DNA from: Podarcis erhardii
Taxonomy: Eukaryota
Strand: one strand, 5' to 3'
DNA: 64,000 bases
Assembly (NCBI GenBank): GCA_964252035.1
Contig: OZ176202.1
In this document: piece by piece, positions 1-11,101 of the stretch
Layout: each line of letters begins with the position of its first letter
Numbering within the stretch: the stretch's first letter is position 1
Translations under genes and position numbers: made by a program
Notes under the pieces: generated by a model
Databases searched by the model: none
The model's input: only the letters and a program-made list of their open reading frames with translations
Told to the model about the DNA's origin: nothing

Positions 1-103
1 TGGAATGCTTCTCCCTAATCTTATTTCATCTTTCCAGCATGTAATATTTATATACACTTGTAACGGTTAAACTGCTTTTAATGGACAAATTTTCATTTAT
101 AAA

Positions 104-307
104 NNNNNNNNNNNNNNNNNNNNNNNNNNNNNNNNNNNNNNNNNNNNNNNNNNNNNNNNNNNNNNNNNNNNNNNNNNNNNNNNNNNNNNNNNNNNNNNNN
201 NNNNNNNNNNNNNNNNNNNNNNNNNNNNNNNNNNNNNNNNNNNNNNNNNNNNNNNNNNNNNNNNNNNNNNNNNNNNNNNNNNNNNNNNNNNNNNNNNNNN
301 NNNNNNN
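104..307. other. N block, 204 nt
   Basis: Run of n; separated from the next N block by only 68 nt of sequence. Confidence 0.99.
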
Positions 308-375
308 GAGTCATTTGACGACAGCCAGGGAGCAAGGCTCAGCGATGGATACTGAGCTCTTTGCTGGCCCTTGGA

Positions 376-627
376 NNNNNNNNNNNNNNNNNNNNNNNNN
401 NNNNNNNNNNNNNNNNNNNNNNNNNNNNNNNNNNNNNNNNNNNNNNNNNNNNNNNNNNNNNNNNNNNNNNNNNNNNNNNNNNNNNNNNNNNNNNNNNNNN
501 NNNNNNNNNNNNNNNNNNNNNNNNNNNNNNNNNNNNNNNNNNNNNNNNNNNNNNNNNNNNNNNNNNNNNNNNNNNNNNNNNNNNNNNNNNNNNNNNNNNN
601 NNNNNNNNNNNNNNNNNNNNNNNNNNN
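376..627. other. N block, 252 nt
   Basis: Run of n. Confidence 0.99.
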
Positions 628-1257
628 TCAGGAGCAGGTTGATGACTTAATAGTCTTCCTTGAGTGGATTTGAGCACTTTGGCTGTGTGTTTATGTGTAG
701 TTGTCATGCTTAAAATATTCATATGAAGGTTTGAAATATTTATTTGAAGGAGCCTTCTGCAGAGTTCAGCAGCAAGGCTCTCCACGAGCCTGCCTACTCC
801 CCCTTCTCTTTTTGCTGCTTTAAGCAGATACTTCTTAAACTGCCTTTGACGGTAGCAGATGACATTTTTTGCACTGAGAGTATTACATGCTTTGGAAGTT
901 TCTAGGTGGGTCTCACATTTTATTTCCAGACCCTAGAGCTGTAATTTCCAAGTTTCTTTTATGTAAACATTCTAATAATAGTGGGCTGGTTTTAGATTTG
1001 GGGAGAATATGTATTGCAGTAGCTCAGGGGACTGCTTGGAGCTCAAAGGAGGTATGTGTGCCTTGTGCTGTTTTATAATCATTGCAGGTGGGGACAGATA
1101 CCCTACAAAGTGGTAAGAAACAAGCAGGGAGGGACCTAAAGATGATGTCCTGATACAAGTTGCCTTAGGCTACCAAACCTGCTATACATGGTATCACTGA
1201 GAAAATTTTCTTTTGAATTTTAATTGAGTATGTCTACAATGTTATGCCCACATCCAC

Positions 1258-1259
<2 letters not shown>

Positions 1260-1296
<37 letters not shown>
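1260..1296. repeat. (GT)n microsatellite
   Basis: Perfect dinucleotide run. Confidence 0.95.
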
Positions 1297-1297
<1 letters not shown>

Positions 1298-1375
1298 ACA
1301 CAGCCAACCTGTATTTTATAATGAAATGTATTTCTTCATTCCCTTTAAATCTTTGCTCTTTAGTAAGATGCTTTT

Positions 1376-1939
1376 TCATGACAGCAGCCACGAAATTAAA
1401 AGACACCTGCTTCTTGGGAGAAAAGCAATGATAAACTTAGACAGCATCTTAAAAAGTAGAGATATCACCTTGCCAACAAAGGTACGTATAGTAAAAGCTA
1501 TGGTTTTCCCAGTAGTGATGTATGGAAGTGAGAGCTAGACCATAAAGAAGGCTGATCGCCGAAGAATTGATGCTTTTGAATTATGGTGTTGGAGGAGACT
1601 CTTGAGAGTCCCATGGACTGCAAGAAGATCAAACCTCTCCATTCTTAAGGAAATCAGCCGTGAGTGCTCACTGGAAGGACTGATTGTGAAGCTGAGGCTC
1701 CAATACTTTGGCCACCTCATGAGAAGAGAAGACTCCCTGGAAAAGACCCTGATGTTGGGAAAGATGGAGGGCACAAGGAGAAGGGGACGACAGAGGATGA
1801 GATGGTTGGATAGTGTTCTCGAGGCTACCAGCATGAGTTTGAGCAGACTGCGGGAGGCAGTGGAAGACAGGAGTGCCTGGCGTGCTCTGGTCCATGGGGT
1901 CATGAAGAGTCAGACACGACTAAACGACTAAACAACAAC
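1376..1939 (+). mobile_element. Bov-B (RTE clade) LINE, 5'-truncated 3' end
   Basis: Encodes Bov-B ORF2 C-terminus (IKRHLLLGRKAM..TLPTKVRIVKAMVFPVVMYGSES*..LRLQYFGHLMRREDSLEKTLMLGK) with an in-frame TAG at 1536-1538; (CAA)n tail after gactaaacgactaaa; 11-bp TSD aagatgctttt at 1365-1375 and 1940-1950. Confidence 0.95.
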
Positions 1940-3422
1940 AAGATGCTTTTATTGCATATCATTTTTCCGCCATGACAGGTACATTAAAATGGAAACCCTT
2001 CATAACCTTTGGATAGGATTCAAAGCACCCCATTGACACATGGAAACACCTTATGTACCAGGACTTCCTTATGCACCTCCCCTCAACAAATGATGTCTCT
2101 CAATCTGTACTCAACAAGCCATTCCCAAAGTTTCTCCAAAATGTGGGAGTGGAAGGCTGAAGTTGGAAAGGAAGGGTGCTTCACAGTCTTTAGATATGTA
2201 TTGAACAGACATGCAAAGGGACAAGCAAGAATATGTGGGGTGAGCCTTCAATGACACTGTAGCCTATGTATGATCGGGGCTCCTTCACTCACAGGTAAGG
2301 TTTCTAACATATAAACGGAAGCCCTGGCTAATTGTACTAAAATGGTTTGTTCATTTGTTGGAGAGTGTGTCTGGTGCAAGGACCATCATTGTAGGGATAA
2401 GGCACTAGCCTTTATATCTTTTTTATGATGAAAATCTTGGAAGAAAACTCTCCTTGGGGACCTTTTATTAATGCCATCTTAAACTATACTTTCAAGTGCA
2501 TTCATCGATCTTATTTTTAATAATCAGAAAAGTTGATGTAAGAAAGTTTCCTTTCTCCTCCTCCTCTCCTCAAATGTTTCCTTCAGAGGATTGAGAGCCA
2601 TCCTGAACGATATAGGTAGGGGAATGAAAGGATTCAGGAAAGAGGAAGGACCAGGAAACATAAGATTCAATTCTGTTTTTGGTCAATTCACCTCTCCTGG
2701 AGCATGTATTGATCTCTGTTGTATGTATTGTATTGGGCCTTTTCTTGAAATAACCAGCCACAGACTTCTAGTTTCTATGTATCCAGATTGCAAACATCAG
2801 TATTCCCCTGTTAGATACCACATTTACTAAATCCATACCACCAAAACACCTATATGACCTGTATTTAAGGCAAAGGAAAAAAAGTCAAGCCTCTCCAGAT
2901 TGGTTTCAGTTCTTCATTCCTTAGGCTCTTCCCACTGGAAATTGGGATGGCTGCCAAAGCTAATAGTGTGATAAAACACAGTAAGCTATAAAAGGTATAT
3001 TTATTTCAGAGGTATATCGTACCATGTCCCATAATTTAGCTGGGAGAATGGAGGGAGGACAAAAAAGCCTTTCTCTTCTACTGTCAGCACTGCCCTTATG
3101 CCCTGCCAGTTGACCAGGGAAGAGAGAGGGAAGCTTTTTGGGAGGAGATGGTGCAGCAATGATGATTTTTTTGTGGTGGTGGGTCTTCCTTTTCTGAGTG
3201 CTTGGCATTTGATCTGAACAAGGAGAGGTTTGGCAGCTGCAAGACTCACTTCATGTTTTGTGGAGTGTCTTCTAAACCCCTCCAGTTCATTTCTAAACCA
3301 GGATCAGATGAACTTGAACAACATCCCTGCCAAAAAGGCACTTAAAGACTTACTTGCAAAAGATGTCCAGAAGATTTAAGGCACACAAACTCTGTCTTTC
3401 TGGCAATTTTTTGTTTCTTGAA

Positions 3423-3466
3423 AATCCTCTGGCCACCTCGCCTGAATCCTCTGGCCACCTTGCCTG
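3423..3466. repeat. 22-bp tandem duplication
   Basis: aatcctctggccacct(c/t)gcctg twice in tandem, one mismatch. Confidence 0.85.
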
Positions 3467-3665
3467 GAAGGCAAGTGAAGTAAATTTGGTGGTACTTGTA
3501 AATTAACTTTGAATCACTTCAGCTGTGCCCTTTATATTTCTGATAAAAAAATTTATGACATGTAGGAAGGAAAGCAGTTGTAAAGATTATTACTACTGCT
3601 CATTTGTGAGGTTTCTATATATTTTTAGTCACAAACTATTATACGTTGCTAGCTTATAAAGAGAA

Positions 3666-4019
3666 GGGACGCGGGTGGTGCTGTGGGTTAAGCCACAGAG
3701 CCTAGGGCTTGCCGATCAGAAGGTCGGCGGTTTGTATACCCGCGACTGGATGAGCTCCCGTTGCTCGGTCCCTGCTTCTGCCAACCTAGCAGTTCGAAAG
3801 CACTAAGTGCAAGTAGATGGATAGGTACCGCTCCGGTGGGAAGGTAAATAGCGTTCTCGTGTGCTGCTCTGGTTTGCCAGAAGCGGCTTAGTCATGCTGC
3901 CCACATGACCCAGAAGGTGTATGCCGGCTCCCTCGGCCAGTAAAGCAAGATGAGCACCGCAACCCCAGAGTTGTCCGCAACTGGACCTAACGGTCAGGGG
4001 TCCCTTTACCTTTACCTTT
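3666..4019 (+). mobile_element. Sauria SINE, full length
   Basis: gggacgcgggtgg.. tRNA-like head with degenerate B box, conserved body, (ACCTTT)n tail; imperfect TSD agct(t/g)ataaaga at 3651-3662 and 4020-4031. Confidence 0.93.
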
Positions 4020-5036
4020 AGCTGATAAAGAACATTGGATAAATGACTAATGCTAGTATAATGAGGCAGGAAAGGGCAGGCAATCAAAACACCATGGAGG
4101 TAAGGGTGGGAAGTCAATCACTAAGGATATATTAAATTGGAAATTAGTTTGTAATTTTAAATTTGTTTTAAAATCTGAGATTTGCTAAATTTGTTAATCT
4201 GCTAAAAAAGTTTTTTTTTGAAACTTAATAAAAAATAATTGGCAAAAAAAGGACAAATGATTAAAAGGCTGTACTACTAAACATGTGGGAATTTGGAAGG
4301 TGTGACTGGAATGAATAGATTTTTAAAAAAGAATTCTTGTGTATTCAGTGGAATCCTGAATAACATAGAATGCCATAATCAAACAACATCAACAATTCAG
4401 AGATGTTACATAAAGAAAGGAACAAACCTTACTGTCAACATCTAACAAGCGTCTTGAGCCAAAGGCAATTAACCTTGAAGTGGGACTTGTAGGTCAGGAA
4501 ACTGAAACAGGAGAAATAACAATGTCAAGAATGCCAAATAATCACCCCCATTAGAAGTGGAAGGGAATGTTAGATTCCAAACAGCAAGTGGCTGGGAAAA
4601 TGCCAAGGTAACAATGATAACATTCATACTTGGGTCAAATGTCATTGTGAACCTTTGGTTAGTTCTACAACAGAAAGAAGAAAAACACAACAAACAAACA
4701 TTAGTCTCTCTGTTTTGTGAGCGCATCTGGAATTCTCTAGACACTGCTTGTTTAACAGAATTTTAGTGTTCAGCTTTTATGGGTAAAACAAAATCTGGAT
4801 TGAAAAGCAATTATTGTAGCATACATATTGTTCAGTGCTCACAGTGAATGTGTGCAGACAAATCTAGGAAAAATATTATTGTGGGTGAAGAAGACAGTAT
4901 ATTATAGAGACAGTAGATAACTGATTTAGCTGACCCCAGAAAAATAACAATTAGGGCCAATTTATGTGCTACCAAAGCAATGTGGTTACAGATTCTTTAT
5001 CTCACACTGCTCTTTTCATCTTCTTTATTCTACTAG

Positions 5037-5328
5037 ATAGTTTGGAAAGTGGCCTGTCTGCTTCTCCATCTGTTTTGTATGCATGTAAAGAGATCATGGC
5101 CAAATTTGGCACAATGGATCTTGAGATGGAAGAGTTGATTTTCATCTATGTTTGGATACCATAAAATGCCATTTTAAATCAAGGAAGTGGAACAAAGTGG
5201 AACACTGCACTGGTTCGGAGACTTATGACGATAACACCAAATTTAACAAGATGGTTCCTGAAATTGAGGAGCAGTTATTGGTCTATTCCAAACTGCCTCT
5301 GAAGATACCATCACCCAGTTTGGTGTGA
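5037..5328 (+). pseudogene. Possible decayed coding exon with an EF-hand-like motif
   Basis: Long polypyrimidine tract plus AG at 5005-5036; reads ..CKEIMAKFGTMDL-(frameshift)-DGRVDFHLCLDTIK..; resembles an EF-hand loop if a 4-nt deletion is assumed (inference). Confidence 0.2.
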
Positions 5329-5334
5329 TGTTTC

Positions 5335-5505
5335 TTAGAGTCTTAGAATTGTAGAGTTGGAAGGGATCCTGAGAGTCATCCAATTCAACTTGCTTCAGTG
5401 AAGGAATCTCAACTAAAGCATCCATGACAGATGACCATCCAGCGTTTACTTAAAAACCTCTGCCGCCTTCCAAGGGATTCTGTTCCATTGTTGAACAGCT
5501 CTTAC
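5335..5505 (-). mobile_element. CR1-type LINE 3' end, degenerate
   Basis: tagaattgtagagttggaaggga.. motif also seen at 24215-24290 and 46640-46745; matches the recalled squamate CR1 3' terminus. Confidence 0.6.
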
Positions 5506-6428
5506 TAATATTGATATTAAAAGGGAGGTTTTGGTCTATATTTGGATATAATCATACATCAATTTGAATCAAGATAGTGAGATGAGCCTTTCAAAATCTG
5601 GTGCACAGCTCTGTTAGCTTCCTGCAAAAATTGATTACAATCAGTGTAGTTTTGAAAAGTTTGATGCACCATCTTGATTCAAAGTGGTGTCCAATGATAC
5701 CAAAGAGATCAAACCTCTTCAATCTCAGGAACCATTTCACCAGACTGGATATCTTCAAAGGTGTTCAAATCAGTGCAGTTTGAAGTGGTTCAGTCCACTA
5801 TCTTGATTCAAAATGGCATCAAGCTGCATCCAAACATAGAAGAAAAACAGCTCCTGTTGTGCCATATTTGGTGACAACATTTTCAGAGATGTCCAAATGC
5901 ATAGAGAACTCAGATAAACTACTTTCCAAATCACATAGTAGATGGGTTACGACATGCTAGGATAGTAAATAATTGCATCATCATCACACAACAGTGCCAG
6001 AACATGAAATCCACCAATTTTTCATGTGCTAATTCTGAGCAGTGGCCAGGGCACTAGATACAGTAGTGTTTTACATGCTTTAGCACCTAGTTGCAGTAGC
6101 TGTTGGGGTGTCAGATCTGTGGCCTGTGGCAGAAAAGAAGCAATTAGGAAGTTCTGTATTTGATTACACCATCTTCACTGCAGATACACTGTGAGTGACC
6201 TAACTTAACATTTACATAGCAGATGTTTCAGCTGTGCTCTTTAATCAACACCTAGTGAAAATAAATCTTGGTGTAAAAAACAAGAAGGGGGAAAAGGAGG
6301 AGAGATCATTATGTGCCACCCTGAAGCATTAACTTGATATTTAGAGGAAATGAAGGGAATATTGATTAAATTAGTTTGATTTAACTTCTTTACTTAATTC
6401 TATCACAATTTCCAATGGAGTTGATACA

Positions 6429-6860
6429 TTATTTGTATCTAGTTCTCTGTGCACTTTGATATTTAGTGCTGGAGAGACTCCTGGTTTTCCTTTCCCTTTT
6501 CTTACAACTGTTCATATCTTCTGGGAGAATGATTATTTTGAAGCCAGCCTCGTGTACCTTCACAGGATTAATCTCATTTCTTAAATCTTCTACAACAAGA
6601 ATTGTTTGAATATTTTTGTGTCTGCTGGCCAGTGTTGTAATCTCCAATAGTTCCAGGAAGGGAGAGAAAAGGCTACATATTCCGTTCCTTCATCCTCAAA
6701 TAGGCAACTGGAGTTGTCAAAGTAAACAACTCCAACCTTGTTGGGATATATAGGTGCACAAGCCTCACCTACCAACTCTACATGGGTGGTTTCAACTGAG
6801 AAAGTTCTTCCAGTTCAAAGGCAGCAACAAGACTCCTGGCAATATCCAGGTTTTTGAGAG
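6429..6860 (-). pseudogene. Frameshifted coding-like relic, weakly L1 ORF1-like
   Basis: Overlapping open frames ..VELVGEACAPIYPNKVGVVYFD.. and ..LEITTLASRHKNIQTILVVEDLRNEINPVKVHEAGFKIIILPED..; the GFKIIILPED segment recalls non-mammalian L1 ORF1p (from memory only). Confidence 0.2.
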
Positions 6861-7598
6861 CATGTGACTCCAACACACACACACACACACACCCTGCACT
6901 GGGACAGTATCACCCTACCAAATCTGGGGGCAGCAAGCTAGGTTTGGGGATGCCGAACAGGTTGTGTGATGCGCATAGCTCTCTTTTCCAGTACTTTGTC
7001 ACCACTCCCCACCTCCAACAACTGCCACCTGAGGGGGTCACCTCATTCTGCCTAATGGTGAGGCCTGATAACAGAATGCACTATGGGATTTGCTATGGCC
7101 AGAGGTAGGGTGAGTGTGAGAGACTGTGGGTATTTGCTGGGTCACAGCAAACCACTAGATACATTCAGTCTAAATAATTTGTCCTACTTGGATGCAAAGT
7201 TTAATGTCGATGTTTAACCTGACAATCCTGTGTCCACGACAGCTCTCAATTCAAAATGATTCAAATAAAAATCTTGATATTTTACTCGTTTATTGCTTTG
7301 GCAGATTGTTTTGCTGTTTATTTATTATGACAATTTTTAACTTGCATTGTGATGTACTTATCTTTATTTTTCTTGGAAGTTACCTCAAGTCTTGGATAGA
7401 CTGGGGGGGGGGATGTTTTAAAGAGATAACTGGTACAAGGCCCTAAATAATAAATTCAAAGCTTTTTCAGCTTTAAGATAGCATATTAAAAGAGAGGACA
7501 GTGCAAGGCAAACTAAAACAACCAAGGAATACCATACCTTGTATCAGGGATAGGGAACTTGTGGACTTCCTTAAGTTGCTGGATTCCAGTTCCCATTA

Positions 7599-7840
7599 TA
7601 GTGGTACCTCAGATTAAGTACTTAATTCGTTCCGGAGGTCTGTACGTAACCTGAAACTGTTCTTAATCTGAAGCACCACTTTAGCTAATGGGGCCTCCTG
7701 CTGCTGCCGCGCCGCCGGAGCACGATTTCTGTTCTCATCCTGAAGCAAAGTTCTTAACCTGAAGCACTATTTCTGGGTTAGCGGAGTCTGTAACCTGAAG
7801 CGTATGTAACCTGAAGCGTACGTAACCAGAGGTACCACTG
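7599..7840. mobile_element. Non-autonomous pogo/Tigger-like (Tc1/mariner superfamily) MITE, 242 bp
   Basis: TIRs (t/c)agtggtacctc..gaggtaccactg, flanked by TA at 7597-7598 and 7841-7842; same family as 29798-30054 in opposite orientation. Confidence 0.9.
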
Positions 7841-10155
7841 TAGTCCAAAACAGTGTGGTCAATAATCTGGACAATGAGAGTTGTGGTCTAACAACATATG
7901 CAGGGCCAAAGATTCCCCATCCTTTCCATGCTTGATCAGCATGCAGTTTGCTGGTTTTGTAAAAATATTTAGGATTCCAGAGGGAATAGAAGCTCATGTG
8001 TTCCTTGCTTTCTGGTGCCTTACTGCACAATCCTAACCAATTGAATTCAATGGAGCTTGCTCCCAGGTAATGAGGGTGAGGTTTGCTTCCTTATAAGCTA
8101 TGATTGTATTTCAGCCTTGACAGTAGGACTAGAAATTAGTTCCAGAACATAACAGACTGCTCGTCCTTCTACTTTATTCCTCTTGTATTTTGGGGACATG
8201 CTAAACAATGTTCTTACTATGTATTCAGAACGTAGCTTTTCCCTTCAGTGGTGGAGGGGAGCTTCTGCATCTTGAATTGAATAAGGCCTTGAACATTAAT
8301 TATATTCTGTTTCTCAATTGTGATTTACTTAAGTCCCGCGTCCGCTCTTCAAATTCAGCTGACAGTATTAAAGAAAGAGACAAGGAAGTTTATTCATAGA
8401 AAATGCTTCATTACAGATCAAATACTTTGCAGAAGTGTTGGTGTTTCTGAACTCTTTGTGATGCCTTAGTAATAACATCTTATATAAGTCTGAGTAGATA
8501 AGATGTCAGTGTCATTCCAGTGATCAGGTAGAACTCCTGTATTGAACAGATATTACTGATAGTAATACAATATGATAAGAAGGGAAAACTGCAAATCACG
8601 ATAAGGTCATCTTCTGGCAGTGAAAAAAAATGCAATTTCTTTGCAGAGGGGCACTAACCTTTTCAACAGCATTGCATGTTTCCTGTTGCCAATGACAAAT
8701 AATATTTTAGGGGCAGCTTAAGGGATACAGTCATTGGGCATTGCTTTTGCTTAGCTTTTTTGGGGGGGTGCGCCTTTATTTTGCGCACTCTTAGCTGATG
8801 TTGGCTGGACAGGGCAAGCTTTTTGCTTGCTTCTAAGCCCACCCCCCTTGGTGGCAGCATCATTATACCCATCCTGACCCACACAACCTGAGATACAGAC
8901 CAAGTTTCCATCACAAAGGCCAAATGAGCAGTGTTCCTGCTTCAACATCTTACATCAAAGTGGATTGAATGCATTATTCAGTGTTTCCAAATGCACCCTG
9001 TCTTTAAAATACCCTGCCCCTCACCACACACACAACAGAGCACAACCATCTGTTTTGAGGGTGCATGCAATGGAATCATTACAGGCAATTTTAGTGTATA
9101 GTTTGATGCTGCATGCAAGGATCTGTTTGGATGGATGAATAGAAGGATGGAGAAAATAAAGTTCTGCCTGTTTTAATATCTCCCTGCTGTCCAAAACTTC
9201 ATTCACTTTCTTCAGAGTCTGCTGCCTCTCCTTTTAGCTTCCACCATTTCAAACCTTAGCTGAAAGGAGGAAAACAAACTTCTCTCACAATCTTTTCCAA
9301 TTCAGGACCTTCCTCCTAGTTTCCCAAACATCCTGAGGTATGTTGCAAACAGTCCCTGGGAAATACAACTATTTCCAGAATGGTAATCCTGTTGGTTAAC
9401 TCCAAACTCAAAAAAGAGACTTTTACCACTTGTAGGCTACCAGATTTATTGTGTTTTTTGTGGACTAGGGTGCATGAAGTCTTGTCCTCCCTTGGCTGAA
9501 AGACATACATACAGGTATTTACGGAGAAAAATAGTAAACAGTGGAGCCAAAAGACCATGGAGATGCAAGACATACAGTCTGACATTTCCATGTCACAGAC
9601 CGAACCTCTTGCATGTCAAACATTTGACTCCACTATTTACAGTTTCTCTAAACCAATGTATATTTATATCTGTCAACTGAAGATAACACTTCATACATCT
9701 GCTGAAGTGGACTTCAGTTTAAAAAAGCTTATGCTACACCCAGTCTGTTAGCCTTTAAGATGCTATAAGCCTCTTTTTACAAATTCAGTAGAATGTCTAC
9801 CAATGTCACACTTTCCCCATATGATGCCACATACATCCATGCCTACTCTGGACTTTTTTCCATGGAAAAAATATTAGTTGCTTTATGTGGGTGGGTGGAA
9901 AAAGAAAGTTCCGAAGGGCTGCATGTGGTTTAGAGTCTCAGATGTGCTGAACACATTGAATGACATCCTCTGCAACTTGTCCTAATATTAATTCATTCAG
10001 CCATTATTTGCATAATTCGGACAATAAAATCCTAAAAAAGCATCCATGAAACATTGGTAATCCAGACATATTAAACACATAAAACTTATTAAAGACACAT
10101 TAGTCATGATTAAGTACAATTAAGTAGTTTTAAATTTGACTTTAAAAGTCTCGGC

Positions 10156-10776
10156 TCAATATCCTGAAACAATCGCAGTAGTTTCGGGAGTATCATCCCT
10201 CAACAGATACTGGATTACAAATTCTTTGCAAGTAGATACTTTAAACTTCGAAGAAGTCACCAGTCGGTCTCTCTGAAGAGAATTTGTCCTAATATGAAAG
10301 CAGAATGATGCTCTTCCTTGTAAAGGCCATACTTACAACATGTAAGTAGATGCAGTTGCCCTGATCTACTAGCATGTCCCTTTCCTCTCTTTTACCTGCC
10401 ATCGTATTTGGTATTGCTGTTACATGGTTTGGACCTGCAAGAGAACAGAAAGGCTTTTTATGCAGCTGGACTTTGTGTTCAGGGTCTTTCTAGTGACACT
10501 TAATGGGGCTTCTAAGTGAAGTTGCATAGCGTAGTGTGCTTCACCTTGAGCTCTTTGACTGAAGAATGGAATTAAAGTGTAACAATTCATAAGAGTTATA
10601 GGGATACATCATGTTCAGCTTCAAACCCTGCTCATGCTCAGAGGATGACCTGGATGAAGCACCTCTGTTCCCCCTACTGTGTCTTTCTAGATTAAAAGAT
10701 ATGGCTTTGCCTGACTCTGTGGATTCTGAGGATGCTCTCCTGCTGCAGTTCACTCCTTTTAAGTCTATGATGGCAA
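10156..10776 (-). CDS. Candidate spliced ORF of unknown product; exons 10776-10545, 10434-10396, 10288-10156
   Basis: Two GT-AG introns (110 and 107 nt) with polypyrimidine tracts (ttctgttctcttgcag, ttctgctttcatattag); both junctions phase 2 and the frame stays open to TGA at 10158-10156; no recognised homologue. Confidence 0.35.
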
Positions 10777-10834
10777 CTGAATTTTAGATCCAAAGTAGCT
10801 TCCCCATGGAGGTAGCTCTACAGCAGCTGCATGC

Positions 10835-10935
10835 TTATAAAGTGTTAGAAAGCCTTTGCACCCTACTTAAGCCAATGGCTCTCTCCTCTTTCTATAGCTG
10901 AAAAACCAATGCTCTATCCAAGGTTCTGATTGGTT
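10835..10935. promoter_or_regulatory. Candidate NF-Y/TATA promoter
   Basis: CCAAT at 10872-10876 (agccaatgg) and 10906-10910 (aaccaatgc), ATTGG at 10929-10933 (ctgattggtt), palindromic ttataa at 10835-10840. Confidence 0.35.
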
Positions 10936-10978
10936 CTGCCTAGCTCTTGCTTGATTCTGTTCTGCTTTCTGCATCTAG

Positions 10979-11101
10979 GTCTTGCCGACAAAGACTTCCC
11001 TTTGTCCAAAACTACCTTTGTTTCACCTGTTCAAACCTGACCTTTATGTGTGTTTCCTCTACTGTATCCACCACTACACCACTCAGGCAAGAAGCACTCA
11101 G
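10979..11101 (+). other. Candidate internal exon, 123 nt, coding status unknown
   Basis: Acceptor ttctgttctgctttctgcatctag| and consensus donor cag|gtaaga; length divisible by 3; two of three frames open. Confidence 0.25.

Noticed and set aside
9557-9751. ORF containing SDISMSQT, reminiscent of an Ig V-region start
   Set aside because: No conserved Cys/Trp framework spacing and no recombination signal sequence
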